64,000 nucleotides of DNA from Porphyridium purpureum (Eukaryota): contig VRMN01000001.1 of assembly GCA_008690995.1 (NCBI GenBank), positions 2,790,001 through 2,854,000 on the forward strand. The letters are read 5' to 3'. Each line of letters opens with the position of its first letter. The first letter of the stretch is position 1. Below the pieces are notes generated by a model. It saw only the letters and a list, made by a program, of their open reading frames with translations. It was not told the origin of the DNA and searched no databases. Below are positions 1 to 10,940 of the stretch, in pieces. Position numbers and translations under genes: made by a program.

Positions 1-1536
1 CCCATCCTGTGAGCCGCACACGCCGTGCTTCTGCTGAGCAGAGGCAGGCCGCACGCCAACACGCACAGCGACCACGCCACGCCCAGCCGCGTGCGATGCA
101 GGTTCTGCGGAACAAGGCAGCACGACGAACGAACAGCTTTCCTGCGCACCCGCCCGACTCCTACGTCAGCACAGGTGAATCCCAACTCCATCTCCTTTTC
201 ACCTGCCCTTCGTCTCCTTGTGTTTCGCTGGAATCTAATCCTCAAGGTCGTGGTTGGCACGAGTGCCGTTTTATTCAGAATTCCTTCGAATGTTTGTGTA
301 CTAGCAAAGACTGACATCATGAAGCTTCAGCAGTTCAATGCGTCAAGCACGCCGCTCTGGACTGCGATGTTTGAAGCGACGCACACGTGCACGCGTCTCG
401 ACTTGACCAGACCAAATGTCATCTGCGCTTTCTTGTCCTAGTTTCCGGGTCGCAAACACAATGTCCCAGAAAGACGAAAATAGCAGGGGAAAAAAATAAA
501 AATGATAGGTTGGCGATCACATTAAGAGACTCGTGTTCCGGCAAAAGGAGGCACAAGTCAAAACATGAATTCTCGCACTTGAGCAGCTTGGGAGCCGTTT
601 TCCAAGCGCACTTTGGTTTGCAAGCGAAAAAACCTGCCCTTACAATAGTATGGTCATTTTTGTCGCCAGGGTCTGATGCAAGTCAGTAGGTTCGCCATGC
701 TCCATAAGACCAGTTGCGCAATAATACTGACAAAATCGTCGGCACTTTCCCGTTCTCCTTATCTGCCAGCACATACAATGCGTCCTCGAAGCAAGCCCTT
801 GCACGGGCCTGTATGCTGCAGACACTCGAGCTGAGAGCTGCGAAACGAGAGCCTCTGCACGCAGTTCAACTTAGTTTTCGCGTTTCTGCGGCTCACGGAG
901 GCCAGCAGGGCCTCCGAAAACGAATCGTACGCCCGTCTTCAAGACAACCGCGTGTAGGTAATAAGGAGCCACACAGGCTCTTGCGTATGCTCGCGGGAAC
1001 GACGCGCGTTGCGTTCTGAGCATATGTGAACAGAATCCATTGGCACATATGTCATAACTGCACCCGCCGCATCCGACAACCTGCCGGTGCGCCACTTGTG
1101 CGTCCAACTGCGCGCCATGGAGCCGAGACGTCTCCGCACCAGTTCAAACGCCGACAAGACCTATTTTCACCGAACACTTTCCATGCCACATCGCTCAGCA
1201 CATTGCTTCCCAGTACGATTCACGCTGGTTGCATGCTATTTCTTCAGAGTCTGCAAACAGCTCAACGCGGCAGAGCACCGCCGTTCATTCATCGACACAT
1301 GCTACAAAAAACGGTAGCTCTGTTTTCGCCCGTGCTTCTTCTCGCGTGTTTGTATGAGTTTCGATGGTGTGCCAGCAAGAGAATGCCCATATGAAAGAAA
1401 GGATACACACGGTGAATCGAATCCGAATTATACATGACGACGTGCTGTCCGGACAATGCTTGCATTCACTCCAAAAAGTGATTGACGAAGAGTTCAGCGG
1501 CAGAGCGACCAGTGCCGCTCCCACGGCCCAAGCGTT

Positions 1537-2388
1537 TTAAGATTTAAAGTCTCGCACCATGAGGTACCAGGTGAGCGGCTCGGCGTCATGGTCCGACGGA
1601 TCGTGCACAGTCAGAGTCTGGACGACCTGGAAGCCAAACTTCTGGTAAAAGTCACGATTTTTGACCGAGCTGCACTCGAGGTAGCTGACCATCTTGTGCG
1701 CATCTGCGAGCTCGGCGAGTTTGCGCATTAACTCCGAGCCATATCCGAGACCTTGTGCTTCCGGGGATGTTCCAATCAAGAAGAAGTACCAGTGCTTTTC
1801 CTTTGGTCCGTACTGCGCATGCATATCCGGCATGCGGTCAAACACAGCGGTTGCTTTCCGCTGCACCTCGCGCGCCCGGTTCCTGTGTTCCTTGTCGCCA
1901 GATTTCATCGCGGACGGCAGACCGTCTGACTTTGCAATGACAAAAAAATCGACAGTCTCTCTCGACTTGCGCATAAATCTGCTGAACACAGTTGGCCGCA
2001 TACGTTCGGGGTCGTACTCGTACGCGACTGCCTGCGCTGCGACGGTGCCGTCCTCCATTACCGTACTGAACTGCACGGCACCATGACGCACAGCATCCCT
2101 GACTGCGAATGAAACCATGAACGTCACGATCTTGACATGCTCGCTATTTTTATCTTCCCCCACATGAGCAAAGTCCTTTCGACTCAATATCCACGCTAGC
2201 GTCGGCTCGCCGTCTACTTTAGCTGTGCCAGCAAACGCACGCCCCAGAAACCGACGTGACGCCTCATACTGCGCTACCCCCGTGCTCCAAGACACCGCAC
2301 GTATCGGCGGTGCCCACGTGTCCACGCTTGCGCTCGCCTGGTTCAATGCTTCGTTCGCATGCTTCAATGCTTCGTTCGCATGCTTCAT
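1537..2388 (-). CDS. GNAT-family N-acetyltransferase
   Basis: C-terminal GNAT motifs HWYFFLIGTSPEAQGLGYGSELM (acetyl-CoA-binding QGxGxG) and YLECSS..NRDFYQKFGF. The ORF track starts at a TTG (2529); the first ATG is at 2388. Confidence 0.85.
   Translation of the reverse strand: MKHANEALKHANEALNQASASVDTWAPPIRAVSWSTGVAQYEASRRFLGRAFAGTAKVDGEPTLAWILSRKDFAHVGEDKNSEHVKIVTFMVSFAVRDAVRHGAVQFSTVMEDGTVAAQAVAYEYDPERMRPTVFSRFMRKSRETVDFFVIAKSDGLPSAMKSGDKEHRNRAREVQRKATAVFDRMPDMHAQYGPKEKHWYFFLIGTSPEAQGLGYGSELMRKLAELADAHKMVSYLECSSVKNRDFYQKFGFQVVQTLTVHDPSDHDAEPLTWYLMVRDFKS
2342..2387. repeat. 21-bp tandem duplication (ttcaatgcttcgttcgcatgc x2) encoding KHANEAL x2 at the GNAT N-terminus
   Basis: Exact direct repeat at 2342-2362 and 2363-2383, read from the sequence. 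Confidence 0.9.
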
Positions 2389-2804
2389 GCTGTTCGTGGC
2401 CTCCGTTTTACTTCCTCTGCCTGCAGGACCAATCTCTTGTGGCGTCTCAGAAGGCAATGGCCTGTCTGTCGCATGTGAGTGCAACCACAGACTGAAACGC
2501 TCCTGCCCGACGAAAATTACCGCAACCAAACTAGTCTTGCTGGGTCGCGTTCTCTTCTTCGTTCAGCAAGCTCTTCACTTCCTCTCACTTCCTGTGCGTC
2601 ATCCCACAGCAGTATGTGGGCTCTGACAAGATTTTGTTGCCGCAATCGGTGTTCGATTGTAAACTTGGTTATTTTGAGGGTTCTGCCACGCCTGGCAGCG
2701 CGCCTCATTACTATGCCAAAATCAGGAAAAACTGCGAAAATCGGAGGATCCACTGAACTTTCGCACAACTAAGTACAGCGTGGCCAAAATGTGTTGCAGG
2801 GACC

Positions 2805-4247
2805 TAAGGTGCGACCAGAACGGATAGGGGACAGTAAAATTTCGAAGAAAAATTAGACAGTTCATATTAAATTTTGACTTTCTACTAGGAACATAATTTG
2901 GGGCGGGCGGGTGGTGCCGGAATGCAAGAAATTTGTTGCACAAAACGGATAGGGGACACTCACGGGAAGCCTTATATCTCGGAAATAAATGAAGGAAAGG
3001 AAGTGAAGAGAAGTGCATCGAGCAAAACTCGTGAAGAGCTTCATTTCGATACCAAAAATCGCAATATTGACCCCTCGGATGAGAAGATATGACACTTTCA
3101 GGGCCTTTGGGAGTGGGACAAAAAGTGAGAGCCATTGTGACACACATTAGGTGCTCTATGCATTGCGATTTGTTCTAGGTAGATGCTCCCATCGTACACG
3201 TACATAGTTTCGCTTCTGCGGACGCTCCAAACCGCACAAAGGCATGAAAAATCAAGATTTATGACATCAAAAGGATTCGGCCCGTAAATAATGGCCGGCA
3301 AAGTTGTGCTACACAACGCATTTACCGCGTAATTCGGATCCTAAATTCAATGGCAATCAGGACAGCAATGAGCTTAACCAGTGCGCGCGGGAGAAATCCA
3401 GCTCACGTACCGCTGACACTCAAATTCGACCTCAAAAGGCTGGCCTTGACAAGACGGCATGAGCTGGAACAAATGAATTGGGCCACAGTTGTGTTCAGGG
3501 ACGAAATAAAGTGCAATCTGGATGGGCCAGATGCTATCCACATGACGTGGCTTGAGCGTACGAACGATCTTTCAAACGTTTGGTCGTGACATTTGGGCGG
3601 CGGTCGATGCACTGCTTGGTGCGCCATTTTTGTGACAGGAGATGTTCACTTTCAACTCATTCACAGGATCTTCGCCGCTGCCAATTGTGTTTCCATGCTT
3701 CAGAATGACGGCGTGCTGGACCGCTGCCGTCAGATGGTGGACCCGAACATGGTTTTTCTCCAGGATATCGCGCTGGTGTACAAAAGCCGCCTGGCTAAGA
3801 ATTTCATGAATGACAAGAATGTGGAGCTTCGAGACTGGCCAGCATACTCGCCGGACCTCAATGTCATCGAGAACACGTGGGAGATACCAGCGCCCAAGGT
3901 TTACGTGGGTGCAAGGGAGTGTCAGATGGTGCTAGAGCTGGAAAATACCATCTTACTGGTTTGGGAGACTTTGGACCAGCCTTAACCGGTCAATTTGAAC
4001 GCGTCTCTGCCGAAACGCATATTCAACTGTGCGCATCTTTGAGGCGCATACGCACAAGGAAACGGCGACCGATTCCGACCTTTTATTGCTGAGCAATGGC
4101 TGGAACTGTGTCGTGTCCCCTATCCGTTTTGACCTCTTCCACATTCCCTTTTCACCGGACCTCTTTCCTTTTTATAGTAAAGCAGATCATTTTACTAGTA
4201 AAACTTGGAAAAAGGTACTGTCCCCTATCTGATTTGGTCGCACCTTA
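2805..4247 (+). mobile_element. Tc1/mariner-superfamily (Tc3-like, DD34E) DNA transposon, decayed copy
   Basis: Terminal inverted repeats 2805-2836 (taaggtgcgaccagaacggataggggacagta) and 4216-4247 match at 29/32 positions, with TA at both outer ends. An inner perfect 19-bp inverted pair lies at 2941-2959 / 4113-4131. A transposase remnant lies between them. Confidence 0.93.
3350..3985 (+). pseudogene. Tc3-like DDE transposase pseudogene
   Basis: Two same-frame ORFs separated by TGA at 3587-3589. Motifs WATVVFRDEIKCNLDGPD, LGGGRCTAWCAI, FLQD and WPAYSPDLNVIENTW. 34 residues separate the second D and the E. The N-terminal HTH region is not intact. Confidence 0.9.
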
Positions 4248-4642
4248 CGTAAACTCCCACCTTACTTCCCGGTATCTTCTCTGAGTGGAGCCGTCGCACA
4301 AACCCGCACTCCATTTGTACCCTTGAGTACACTGCGGATCTCTCACAGGCGACGTGCCCGATCGCACGACAATTTCCATTTGTCACCGACACACCGCGGT
4401 GCTGCGCGCTTCCAGAGCGTCCTGCGCATGGCACACACCCGTTTCACAACCTCGCGCTCCCACTCAAGCGCCATGCTTGTCGAGCGCTCCAATAATTGTC
4501 TGCAAGAAGTATCTAGTACAGTGGAGTGTACCTCTGGTTCTTGTGCTGGAGACTGGAGTTGGTGGATTAGGGGATGAGATGGAGCGGTATGTCATGGTAT
4601 GGAAACCGAGCGGATGTGGACGTAAGGTAGACACCAGGTGAG

Positions 4643-5371
4643 ATGGCGGCGCCGTACTTCTACGTCGTGGGAGCGACAGGTGGCGTGGGCTCGGCGCTAT
4701 GCCGCATGATCCACCAGCGGTCCATGGGCCGGCTGTATATGGTGGGCAGAGACCTGAGCGAAATGCACAAGCTCAATGAGCAGTTGGGAGGCGCCCATGT
4801 GGTCGTGGCAGAACCCACGGATGCGTCCAATCCGGATCAGATCGCCGCAGCCATGCAGAAAGCGCCGGACGAATTGAAGGGGCTTGCGTACTGTGTCGGC
4901 AGTATTACGCTCAAGCCGCTCAAGCGCTGCACCCACGCGGATTTCGCTGACGCTTTCACTCTCAACTGTGTGTCTGCGGCATTTGCGGTCAAGGAGGCGC
5001 AAGCTAACTTGGCACGCAATTCAGGTTCCGTTGTTCTGTTCTCGACTGTCGCCTCGCAGGTCGGATTCGCAAACCACGCTGTCGTCGCGAGCGCCAAGGG
5101 TGCAGTGCAAGGCTTGACGCTGAGCCTAGCTGCCGAGCTCGCGCCTCATATCCGAGTCAACTGCGTCGCTCCAAGTCTGTCCAAAACGAAAATGGCGAAG
5201 AGCATGACGAGTGGCAAAATGGGTGAGGCCGTCGCCTCATCTCATCCGATGAAGAGGTTGGGTGAGCCAGAGGATCTCGCGCGGGCCGCTCTCTTTCTTC
5301 TCGATCCGGAAAATTCGTGGGTCACCGGTCAGGTTTTGCCCGTCGATGGGGGAAGGAGCTCGATCGCATAA
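4643..5371 (+). CDS. Short-chain dehydrogenase/reductase (SDR), atypical active site
   Basis: Rossmann motif VVGATGGVG, IRVNCVAPSL and C-terminal WVTGQVLPVDGG. The YxxxK position reads VASAK. Confidence 0.92.
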   Translation: MAAPYFYVVGATGGVGSALCRMIHQRSMGRLYMVGRDLSEMHKLNEQLGGAHVVVAEPTDASNPDQIAAAMQKAPDELKGLAYCVGSITLKPLKRCTHADFADAFTLNCVSAAFAVKEAQANLARNSGSVVLFSTVASQVGFANHAVVASAKGAVQGLTLSLAAELAPHIRVNCVAPSLSKTKMAKSMTSGKMGEAVASSHPMKRLGEPEDLARAALFLLDPENSWVTGQVLPVDGGRSSIA

Positions 5372-5395
5372 CAAATCAATTTATGGCATGCAATT

Positions 5396-7126
5396 CTACT
5401 TACTCGCCGCCAATCGTACTACCGCGATAGAGTACCCGGACGCTAGATCCAACTTTGAGGATGATGAATTCACATACGCATAGACTGTGTCAGTCAGACG
5501 GTTGAGCAATTGTTCACTGTCGCCTGCATTGCTCGGGTTTTCAGACACGAGTCTTTCACACGCCTCGACCGCCATAGACGTGACCTCGTCCATGATACTC
5601 TGCGACTTTGCTGCGACGCCTCGGACACCCAACGCAACAGCATGCCAGTTCGAATCGGATGAGCTTGAAAGCGAACCCAGCAGCTCCGTAATACTTAGAA
5701 CCGTTTCGCGTGTCAGACTGGTGCAGAAAACTCGCACTGCGTTATCAATCACGGAAGTGCCGACTTCCGCGGACGCATGACTTTGCTCGATTTCAGTCTT
5801 GAACGTTTCCCTTTGCTCGTCTGCATACTTCTGCAGCTTTACACAATTCGCATTCGTGCGCATGCACTCAAGAACTTCAGGATCATCGTCTGAAGCCTGG
5901 AATACCATTTCGATTTGCTTCTTCGTCTCATTCATTTTCTCCTAACGCGCTTCATCCCCTTTCACTTCTGCCAATTCGTTCAGCGCTGCATCACTCTGCT
6001 CTTTAAGAGAAGCGATCAGTTCTTTGCCTCCTACGTTGCTGAGCCCCTCTTCAAACAGTGCCTCGGGCGTGTTTTTCTTTGCCTCGTTCCGGTTGGACGT
6101 TTCGGTCTCAATGCGCTGCCTTTCCTCGGCAATTTTTTGATGCACTTCCTCTTCATCGTCATCGCTCTCAACGTAGCCTGTTTCGCTCGCAAAAAAATTC
6201 ACGGCATTGCGGCCGAAACTCTCAAGCGCCTTGCCGATTTTCTTGCCCTCATCTCGCGCCTCCTCTAGTAAGAGTCGTGCATCTTCCGCCAGCGCCTTGC
6301 GCACCTCTTCCGTCATGCTTGTTCCCGCAGAGGACGAAACAGCTTGAATTTCTTGATCACCAGGGACATTCCTGGTCGCTCGTGTGGCTTTATCATTGTC
6401 GCCTTCGGGGTCAGTTTCGTCGTCGACATCATCGCCTTCAACGTCACGAATGGCCTCCATGGTGGCGCTCCACGCATTCGAAAACAAACCTTTGGCCTTA
6501 TTAATATCACCTCGAACCACTGTCATCATATCTACGAGCGGATCATGGTTTTCCTCGGCGACGGCTTCAATCGCGTCGTCACTCGCTCCGGCATTCGCAC
6601 CCGCATTCCTTGAACCAGAAGCGTGATTGGCCACTTTGTTCTCTTCATCAAGCTTGTGCTTTTTCTGATCCATGTGATCCACTGCACCTTCGACCATATG
6701 ATCGAACTTTTCAAGGCCCATTGACAACGTACCCTCTGCGCGTTCCACAAAGGTCGTCAGCCAGTTTCCCCACCCTGGCGCCGCAGGAGCCGTCACACCT
6801 CCGGGGGATGATTCCCCACTGTGCGCTGCCTGGCCTTCATCGACATCTTCCTCTTCTTCTCCACCACCAGAACTGACGGCCCCTTGCCCAGCCTGCTCAT
6901 CCTGCTTCGAGTCGGATGCAACGGCGCCAGCCGGAGCCGCCTGGCCTTCTTCAGCCGAGGGCACCGCTTCCTCCTTCGCATCCGCCGGCGCTTTCGGCAG
7001 CTGATCTCCTTCCTCACCGACTTCCTGCTTCACCTCAGCGGCGCTTCCTCCGTCTGTATCCGCCATCCTGATACTACGCTCTCTGGCGCCTCCCTCTCGT
7101 CTCTCGTCGTTTGCCTTCCCTTTCAA
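5396..7126 (-). CDS. Hypothetical acidic/helical protein (weakly FAM114/DUF719-like) interrupted by one in-frame TAG at 5942-5944
   Basis: ORFs 5942-7126 and 5396-5935 are in the same frame (...CGT TAG GAG AAA ATG...). Acidic low-complexity N-terminus, GWGNW motif and helical C-terminus. The family assignment is tentative. Confidence 0.6.
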
Positions 7127-9326
7127 CTGTCACCGCTACGAGCTTTGCGTCTTTTCTTGTGCCGGTTTTGCCGATTTGCAACGCGTTTGAAACGTTAGTG
7201 TGAATAATTCGAAGCTCAGCGGGCAACGAAAGCTTTCACCCGTCCCTCATGCCAGTAATGATAGGACTTACTGGTAAGGACTTGGCACCAGTGGCTCGAC
7301 ATACGGCGGTATAAGACGCAGCAAAAGGTTGTGCCATTCCACACCCGTACGACAGCGCCTCGCCGGGATCCCACAGTAACATGAAGGACACTTTAGAATT
7401 CTGTCGTGCTTGTTTGCGCCATCCTGCGCCGTCAGCGGGCGAGCGCTCGATATCCTCTTGTCATTCGCTGGGTGCTCTACTGGCGGTCACCGCATGCGGT
7501 ACAATTTTGCTGCCAGGACTCACACACAACGCCATGAACGCGGTGACGCAAAACTGGTTTAATGCACGAACAAATCTCACGACTGCACAACGTTCCGACC
7601 CAGGAAAATCCTCCTTTTCCATCTCGCGCGACGCTCTAACATTCCAGAATGAAACCAGAGCGGAGCGCGTGCGGTATGAGAATACCCGGTGCCTTGACAG
7701 CACGAAGCGGTGGTTCCTCCAACTACCGTGTTACCAGCAGCAACGCAAGTCCTTCACAAACCGTCAGGGTACAACTGAACAGCAAAAACTGAGCCGCTTG
7801 GAGCGCGTCGGGCGGGTGAACAGAGCAATCCATCTGCCGTCGACGCCTCGCTCGCTTCAAAGTCGCCTGAAGCGTCGCACTCGGAACAGCTGATTACGGT
7901 CGCTGACGTTGAGATTGTGAAAGGCGGTATCCACGTGGAGACAACAAAGATACCTGCCAACGTACGAGGCCCCAACGAGACGAGATGAAAGGTGTCGATA
8001 TGAGCGAGGTATCTGGTATCCAAATTGGGCAAAAGGGGTCCACCAGCACCGCACCCAGTATTGGCAATGCGAGACCAATCACTGATCAGAACTTGTGTTC
8101 CTGTTCCTATCATGGCGGTGCCCCATTTGGAGCGGCACCTTGGTCCGTGCGTCTTTCGGTCGCTGGCGAAGGCGGCGCAGAGATTCTTCCATCTACGTCG
8201 ATCCGTTCATTCGCATCGACGGTTGCTACATCAGGCCTGCCAGCACATGCATCCATATTCATGCTACAGTACTTGCATTGCGTGACGGGATGCACAGAGT
8301 GGCGGGGCGTCCCTGATCGGACGGCACTAGGCTTGCGCGCACGTCTAGTTAAATCACACTTCCAACCATGACATTAATCGGTATATACCCCATATACTCG
8401 GAGCGCTGAGTGCCCTTGAGCGCCAGACGCGCAGACGAACTTTCACGTGAAGGATGTTTGACCTGCCACGCGATTGGCAGAATACAGCGGAATCCAGCCG
8501 CAGCCCAATGCCGCCATCACCAGAGCGCCAGACGCGCGGCCTGGCGCCGCTGCTCTTCTGTTCAAGCGCGCAACAATGCAAGCGCCACCATCACACGCAA
8601 CAACCAGCAGCACGCACGAGGCCTGTCTGGCTTTTCTTTGTCGAGCTCCATCTCTGAATTTGCGCAGTTTGTTCTGACGCAACGCGGCGGCCACGCCCCC
8701 GTTGCTCAAGCTGCACGCTCCGTCGTAAGGCACTGGTGCTGTCTAGCGCATCTCGTGGCCATTTCCAAATTCGCAACCGTCATCGCCGTCTTCTGGCGTC
8801 ATGGCGACCACATCCTGGGCAACCGTTGCCGACGCGCCTGCCACGGCAATGATGCGCACCACTGGTCTGCACGCCGCATCACTGCACGCGCGACTCACAT
8901 CACGCACGGAGTGTCCTATCAACCTGAACCACCACGAACACGGCGCGGCGTCCACGCGCACAACTGGCGCTTGTCAAGGCACAAACCGCTCAACCTCGTC
9001 TTCATGGCAGTCAGGCACATGCGGAATTACATACGCATCTTGCATGCGATTGAGCAATTCGCATGACATATGAATGGCGCATGGTATTGCCATCCCAGGA
9101 CACGAGACTTGGTGGGACCTGTATCTGGTGTGGCGGCGTTGGAGTTACGGAAGTTGACGACAGGAAGACGATGGAGTTGGCGGCATGTCGACGACATATA
9201 GGACACTCTTTACGGGTATGGCAACCGTATGTGGATACCACAGTGTTGCACGCGGTCGCGCAAGGAGAAATGCATCGCATGCCGACCCGTCACTGTGCCA
9301 CAGCAGAGGATGAACAACGAGAAGAA

Positions 9327-9365
9327 GCAGCAGCAGCAGCAGCAGCGGCGGCAGCGGCGGCGGCT
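9327..9365. repeat. (GCA)n/(GCG)n trinucleotide microsatellite
   Basis: gcagcagcagcagcagcagcggcggcagcggcggcggc, read directly. Confidence 0.9.
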
Positions 9366-9941
9366 CGTGGTGGATGTCGCAGTGGAACAAGTGGACACGG
9401 CAGCAGCGGTCGTGGCAAATGCGGCTCCGGCTTCTCTCGCGTATACATGATATCAGTAGCGGCGCGCAGGTAACGTGATGCGGATGGTTGTGGAAATCCG
9501 GGCGGAAGATGCTTTGCCCGAAGCGTGGAAGCGCCTACGGGAACCGGAACCGATGGGTGCTGATGATGCACACCACGCCGTGGAACTCGGGGCGCCAGAA
9601 TAGTGATCTTTGAGACTGGCAGAAACGACAAGCGTCGCTTTTGCCCAATGGTGGCCACACGGATGCGCAACTCTGTTTCGTCTTCATCCCTGCGGTTCAT
9701 GACTTTGGGCTTTTTACTCTGTGAGACGACATAGATGTGCGACTTGGCCTATTGAGAAGGACAGGCGTCGTGTGCAGTGCATATATGAGGGAGATGGACG
9801 GCGGACGCAGCAGAGCGAGGATCATGTCAGAGAGGTCCAAGATCTGGAGAATGACCGAGGCGCAGAGTCACAGCTCGTGGTGAAGTTAAAACCCCTCCGA
9901 GCCACAGGACGAAGAGGGACTGCATTACCAAGTCAGCCTCA

Positions 9942-10520
9942 ATGCTGGTTTCTTTCTTTTCTGGTGGAATTGGCATTCCGTCGAACCGAGTTTCGCTTTC
10001 TTTTCGATCACATGAACCGTACGCAGACATAGACCCTGGTCGTCGTGCCGAGCTGCGTCGACTGGGAAAGCTTCTCCGCCAAATCGTCTCTGCGGCGCTG
10101 GACGGAGAAACCTGTGTCAACAGCACCAACGTGCGGGCTTGGATGCTAAGGAGGTGTGATCCTGCTGGCATTGGGTATTGCTATGAGTTGGCTGTGGGCA
10201 ACCGTAAAGTGGATGATGTTTTGGTGGAAGCTTCACGTCCTGTGGTCATGCCGGTGCGAATGCCTCCGCGACGTCAAGCCATATCGGCAACTTATGCACT
10301 TTCCCGGTGCGAGTCGGAAGGCCTACGTGATCTTCTAAATATTTCCAGCGCAGTGGCTGACTCGGGGACGCATGATGCAGACCACACGAATGGGGGTGAG
10401 GGGGGTATGGAGCAGACTGATGAAAAGGAAACGGAGCACACAGAGGAGGTCGTCTTGAAAAGGTCTTTTCCAATCAATCTTTGTCCACAATCTTATTCGA
10501 TGCATGCGTCAATGTTGTGA
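9942..10520 (+). CDS. Hypothetical protein (192 aa)
   Basis: ATG-initiated ORF with protein-like composition; no recognisable motif. Confidence 0.3.
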   Translation: MLVSFFSGGIGIPSNRVSLSFRSHEPYADIDPGRRAELRRLGKLLRQIVSAALDGETCVNSTNVRAWMLRRCDPAGIGYCYELAVGNRKVDDVLVEASRPVVMPVRMPPRRQAISATYALSRCESEGLRDLLNISSAVADSGTHDADHTNGGEGGMEQTDEKETEHTEEVVLKRSFPINLCPQSYSMHASML

Positions 10521-10940
10521 CCCGGATCCTTTCGGACGTTTCTCGTCTCGTGACCTGTCGTCTGGCAATCACCTCCGCAGAACCAGCGCGATTCAATCGC
10601 TTCTGGTTGTACGTGATGCGATACTCACAACATTCGGCTGGAGTTCATAGACAACTTTACATACGCGCGAGTATCATCAGATCGTGTACCGCGGAGCAGC
10701 TCGCCATCAAATGCGGCGAGTGCGAGCCCCTAATGTGAGAGATAGGATTTCACCGACACTTTGGGTTGCGAGGATGCAGACCCAAGGTGCGGTCCTGGAT
10801 ACATCCAGCGCTTGCATCATTCTTGAGCTCAGTGGCCGCTCAACCGTTTGCAGACAAGCCGTCAAGGCCCGTGCGTCCAGATTCCGCCGTGGAAAGAGAC
10901 GCTTCCATCTTGAATAATTCGCGTCCTTACGTGACGCATT

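Noticed and set aside
2774..2798. TACAGCGTGGCCAAAAT, resembling a second Tc1-type terminal repeat just left of the element
   Set aside because: I could not find an inverted partner nearby, so a nested insertion is unsupported.
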